Positions 58,701 to 64,000 of a DNA stretch of 64,000 bases are shown here, one piece after another. How positions within the stretch are numbered: the first letter of the stretch is position 1; each line of letters begins with the position of its first letter. The position numbers and the translations under genes were made by a program. The notes under the pieces are model-generated. The model was not told the origin of the DNA, did no database searches, and saw only the letters and a program-made list of their open reading frames with translations. The stretch comes from the human T2T-CHM13v2.0 reference genome, Homo sapiens. Location of the stretch: the NCBI RefSeq assembly GCF_009914755.1, contig NC_060937.1; one strand, given 5' to 3'.

Positions 58701-60703
58701 TTAACAAGGACTAATTACAAGTCTGACAATTGAGGAGGGCAAATAACTCTCTACCTCTTCAAAATTTACAGATATCCTGACATTACAGCCATCTCAACAC
58801 ATATTATGAGTTGAATTATGATGGGCTTCTACCAGCACTGCCAAGCATAGCTTACAAAAAGCTTTGCTCCGTAGGAGTCTATTGTCACCAGGCTGCATGT
58901 TGCAACTAAATCCAAATAAAGTCTGTGACTCCACTTCCCCACCCCCCACAGTGCAAAACACTTAGCTTTCTGCAAGAGGGACAGAAAAGTAAGCTGAATG
59001 CTGCCAGTTGTCAGCCTTTTTTACATACTGTGGCAACTGCCACTTTTAAAATTATACAACACCTTGAAAGAAATAACAAAGATGGAGATTTCTTCGAAAA
59101 CAGCTCTAAAGCAGCCTGCTAAGCAGGAGATTCACGCCTGCAGCCAACATTTACCCCGTCTGCCTTGCAATTTCAGGATCAGTATACATCAAATCAAGTG
59201 AACAACCCAGGGAATTCTGCCGTTACCTTTTAGAAACAGAATAAATATTAACAGAGCTTTACTTCTTTCCACCAAGGAGGACTATATGTTAATACAGTAA
59301 TTTACACTGGAAAAAATATAAATGAAAGGGTTTAGAACCTCATAACTTTAAAAATAACATAATTCCTCCTAGAACATTCCTTTCACTTGTGATTCTCAAA
59401 GCACTTTGCATTTCCCAGCTATTGGCAGGGCTGGAATTAGGATCAAAGTATCACTAAATGGTAGGTGAAATAAATGTGAAGCTGATTTTCAGGAGTACAG
59501 GAATGGAGTCATCAGGCGACTTTAAAGTTAAGAATCTGTTGGAGCAGCTGCCAATAAATCAAGGCCCAAAGGAGAAAGTTCTTTGGAAACCTTGAAATAT
59601 TGTATACATTTAGATAATTATTGTTGTTGTCAATGTTAACGAAAAAAGCAATAAATCAGGGAGATGGCACTGATGAGTGAGGAGAAATAGACTCAACAAT
59701 TTAAATGGAATCATTCCTTATCCTCCTTCCCCAACAAGCAGCCTCAACAGTGTTTGCTTCTGCCTGCCAACAGCCAAGCCAAGTGAGAAAACACTATATA
59801 CCCTCCCTATATGTCCCAGCCATCAGTTACCAGCCTCTTTAGATGGCACTAATGAAAAACAACCTGTAGGTCTTCCTGTCTCCTTTAACTAGGAGACAGC
59901 TCAGTCTATGGTACTAATAGGTATTACTCAGATGCTCCAGCCTCAAGAATGAGGAAGACTGATGATACCTTTGGCCTGAGAAAGCCTCTGGGTGAGAATT
60001 CAGATCATCACTCAGGAGTCAGGTCTTACAGACAAGGTGGCCCCTCTCCTGAAATGACTGACCAGTTGAAAAGCAAGCATCGAGTCCCTCCGCTGCAGCA
60101 CATTATTTGGCCTTAGCCTAACCTTTTCCTTTACTGTCTTGAGTTGCACTCCATAACTTGTAATACTTGAGTTGGCTGCACTTGCAAAATTAACAATATT
60201 GGTCCATCGCTGTTGCTCAGGAAGATCCTTTCACTCTCTGGACTTGCTCATTAATTCCCTTCCTTTGCCATTAATTACTTTCAACCAAATGATGAAATGT
60301 TGTCATTTTTTAAAGTTCTGTTTATTTTGAAGCTATCACGCAGTGTCATTTTTATTGTCTCCTTCTATTCTTACTTTGAGGCTCTAAACCATCATTTAAG
60401 ATTCAGAAGCTTAAAAAAATATATACAAATGTATATAGGTTTTCCTTCCTCAGGATACATCATTGGGTGGCTCCAAGAAGGATCCACAGCCTTTTATGAA
60501 ACTATTTGAGCAACTTGGTCATCACACAATAAACACAACAAAAATACTCATTAAGTGTGTTAAATTCATCCTTTAAGTCATAATCCCTGGAATGCCATTT
60601 AGTTTCAACACTCACCACTCCCTACAGAAGCTAGGCAACCATCTGGAATGATCTCCTCTCACTGTGTTGTTAAGTTCATTATGTATAATTTATATTTCTA
60701 GAT

Positions 60704-60899
60704 CAGGGGATCTCAACCGGAAGAGATATTTGGCTACTGCTGGAGACATTTTTCATTGTCACAACTTGGGGGCTGCCACTGGCATCATGTGGGTAGGGGT
60801 CAGAGATGCAGCTAAGCATCTGATAATGCATAGGACAGCCCCGCAGATAAAAAATTATCCAGCCCAAAATGTCAGTGATGTCAAGGTTGAGAAATCTTG
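60704..60899 (+). mobile_element. MER20 (hAT-Charlie)
   Basis: CAGGGGATCTCAACCGG…CTGGAGACATTTTTCATTGTCACAACT…CAGCCCAAAATGTCAGTGATGTCAAGGTTGAGAAATCTTG. Confidence 0.88.
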
Positions 60900-62540
60900 T
60901 TCTAGACGTTCTATCTTGCCTAAGTTGCTCATATTTGGTATGGAAAGGCCATTTACTCATCAGCCTGAAGAGTTCCCATAAAACCTGAAAGAACAACTCA
61001 CCTATGAAGAAAGGAGTGGGAAACAGATTCTTTTTTGGTGGGAACTGAATGTCACCACCCACATGCTGTGAAGGAGAAACATATCACTATTCACTCTTCT
61101 AGGAAAATTAAGTTTAAAATTTCACAATTTACCTCTTCTTTTGGTTCATATGCAAATTATAAGGTACTAAAAATGGGAGACACTGACAGGTTAATTGCTC
61201 CCACTCTTCTGGTCCAGCTGCACAGAGCTGAGGCAGAGGGAGCACAGAGAAGTGAGAGAACCTCCAAGGTCAGCATGCTCCAGCACTGGATACATCAGCA
61301 TATCATGGGTTTTGAGTTAGAATAACTGATAACATAACACATGTACTTGAAGTTCACTGATTTGATTCCAGCTTTTTAAAAATAATCTTTTAAGCAGAAG
61401 CTGGCACTGCTTTTTACTCCTTTATTTTTTTCTCTGTACCTCTTAAAAATAAAGTATAAATCTGACATATGTTTCAGGCAAATTGGCTCAGAACTCAGAA
61501 AAGGTAAAAAGAACTCTCCTAGACAGCCTATGTTCCCAAATAAAAATTATCTCTAGTTCCTATGCCTGCATCAAGCCTTTCTAATTAAGTGATATTTGGT
61601 CCTAACAGCCAGGTTAAACCAACCTACCTTTATGTCAGATCTGAGCCCCTTCCCCACAGCCCACAACCATATTTACCATCCACACTACTGTGTGTGTATG
61701 TTTAGGCTATTTATATAATTCTGATTAGAACATTTTGTATCCTTCCTGAGATAATATGCTTTTCAAAAGTAGACTGTGAGTTTTTGAATCATCTGAAACT
61801 CTTCTTTTATTTTTGAGTGAAAAAGGGAATAGGGACGACGCTATGTACATTATTTTAGGCACACGTTTCCTCTTCTTAAAGCACTCTTCTCATTCACTGA
61901 TGAGTAGCGGTTGACTTTGTAATTTTCAAGTGGCCAAAGCAGATGGAGTGAGAGAAAGAAAAGTCAGAGACAGAGGTGCAGCTAGATCCAGAAATGTGAA
62001 ATGGATCCACAGGAGAAGATGTGCAGACTGAGAAGGTCAGTATTTACAGAAGAGGCAAGAGACTAAAGGGTGCATACAGTTAGGCAGTGGTAGAAAGAAA
62101 AACAAAAAACCCTATGAAAGCATGGTAAAAGAAGAAAGGGGATTCGCATCGCTGGGATGTGAATAGAATTTGCAGGTGCTATGCCTGCCTCTCAATCCAG
62201 AGCCCAAATCTATTTGCCTCATTCTATACCTCTGAGTAGCTCTGAGATAACACAGGATGAGGTTTGGGAAAGCCACATCATTCTACCAGATAGAATGCCT
62301 GGCTTCACCATCTACTAGCCAGATGATCTTAACCAAGTCGCTCAACTCTCCCCAAACTCCATTTCCTCAAAGTGGGGACAATCATTTATTCACAGCAGGA
62401 TTGAGGTAACATAGGTAAAGAATCAAGGGCACTAGAGAATGTTACATGGAAGGCTCTATGATCACATCACGCGGTATTCTAAGTAATGGAGATAAAACAT
62501 TTTAACAATAGTAAAAGCAAAATTGAATTATAAACATTGC

Positions 62541-63192
62541 TTTTTTTAAGATTGGCACATCATAATTTTACATATATGTGGGGTACAACATGATGTTTTG
62601 ATACATGTGTAAATTGTATAATGATTGAATTAGGGTGATTAGCATATCCTTAAACACTTATTGTTTGTGATCAGAACATTCTAAAACCTTTCCGATAGCT
62701 ATTTTCAAACATACAACATATCATTGTTAACTAGTCATCCAACTATGCAATAGACCACCAGAACTTATTCCTCCTATCTAACCATAGCTTAGTACCCATT
62801 GACCAATTTTTCACCATCCTCTTCCTCCCCTGACCCTCCCTAGCCTCTAGCAATCACAATTCTATTTTCTAAGTCAATGAGAACAACTTCTTAGATTCCA
62901 CATATGAATGAGGTCATATTGTATTTGCTTTCCTAAACCTGGCTGATTTCACTTAACATAATGTCCTCCAAGGTTCATTCATGTTGCCACGAATGACAGG
63001 ATTTCATTCTTTCTTATGACTGAAAAATACTCCACTGTGTAGATGTACATTTTCTCTTTCCATTCATCCACTGATGGACACAGGTTGGTTCTATATCTTG
63101 GCTATTTGTGAATAGGGCTACAATAAACACAGGAGTGCAGGTATCTTTTTGACATATTGTTTTCATTTCCTTTACATACATACCCAGTAGTG
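62541..63192 (-). mobile_element. L1MA-type 3' end fragment
   Basis: Antisense L1MA 3'UTR and ORF2 end (…GGGGTACAACATGATGTTTTGATAC…TTAGATTCCACATATGAATGAG…ATACCCAGTAGTG). Confidence 0.85.
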
Positions 63193-64000
63193 AACATTCT
63201 TAATACAATGGCAATTTAAAACTTTATGAGCTAACCACTAATTCCCAGAAAAGAAAACTTGATATTCTCTAAAGAAGACTTTAAAGCAATGCAATTCTAA
63301 GATACTCTGGGAGTAAAAAAATAAACTACATGCACACACAGTTTTATTGCTATCTTCTTCCATGGAGAAGAATAAGCCACTATCAAAACGCTCATAGAGA
63401 CATTTCTGTTCTAAAGAAAACAGTAGTCAAGAATTTAACAGACCCAATCTCAGTGTTACAACAACTGTGCAGAAAATACCTCAATTTACTATTAGCTAAA
63501 AAATCATTTTTATATTTTAAAAGATCATTTGCCACAAATGAGATGAATAGGCATTTCAATGCTCAAGACATTACATTTCATAATTATTAATGGGGATCAA
63601 ATAAAAGCCCACTCTGTGTAATTAAATTGGAATTTAATTTCCCGGAATAGTGGCAAACATGAGAATCAGAGAAAGAAGATGTTGACTCAGAAAAAGAAAA
63701 GTAATTAATAAGGATGTCAGAAGTCACCCCTGTTTCACACAACTCCGCAGGCAGAGCAACATGCAACCAACGCAGCAAATGTGAGGTCCACCGGTGAAGC
63801 GCTACAGCTGAGATGGCCCCAGCTGAAGTGCTGCCTTGATGAGGGGAGCACTCTGCTGCAGAACTGTGCCAACCAGAGTAAGCTGAGAAAGCCCGGAACA
63901 CTGGTGGCTGGGTTCAGGACCAGCCCAACTCCATCATGGCTGTGCAGATCAAGCCCATATTGCACAGTAAAAAAAATATGCACATATATTTACAAATTAG

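Overview
Human (primate) intronic DNA, repeat-rich, with no supportable protein-coding exon or RNA gene. The key landmark is an uninterrupted (GAA)81 tract at 7550-7792. I recognise its flanks from memory as the FGF14 intron 1 repeat locus of GAA-FGF14 ataxia (SCA27B), with FGF14 on the minus strand. This allele is sub-pathogenic but long, pure and lacks the stabilising 5' flanking insertion. The rest is L1 (a 4.6-kb L1PA with TSD, nested older L1s), Alu, MaLR/ERVL LTRs, DNA transposons and MIR/L2 relics; the long ORFs in the track are dead L1 ORF1/ORF2 fragments or repeat artefacts. I found no new biological system. Close reading did reveal structure a repeat annotation would not explain: a three-piece templated insertion copied from nearby DNA, three candidate L1 3'-transductions or retroposed inserts, a perfect 36-bp palindrome, an old diverged ~240-bp duplication, a degenerate ~45-bp minisatellite and several small template-switch scars. 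Repeat subfamily names and literature details are from memory and were not checked against databases.
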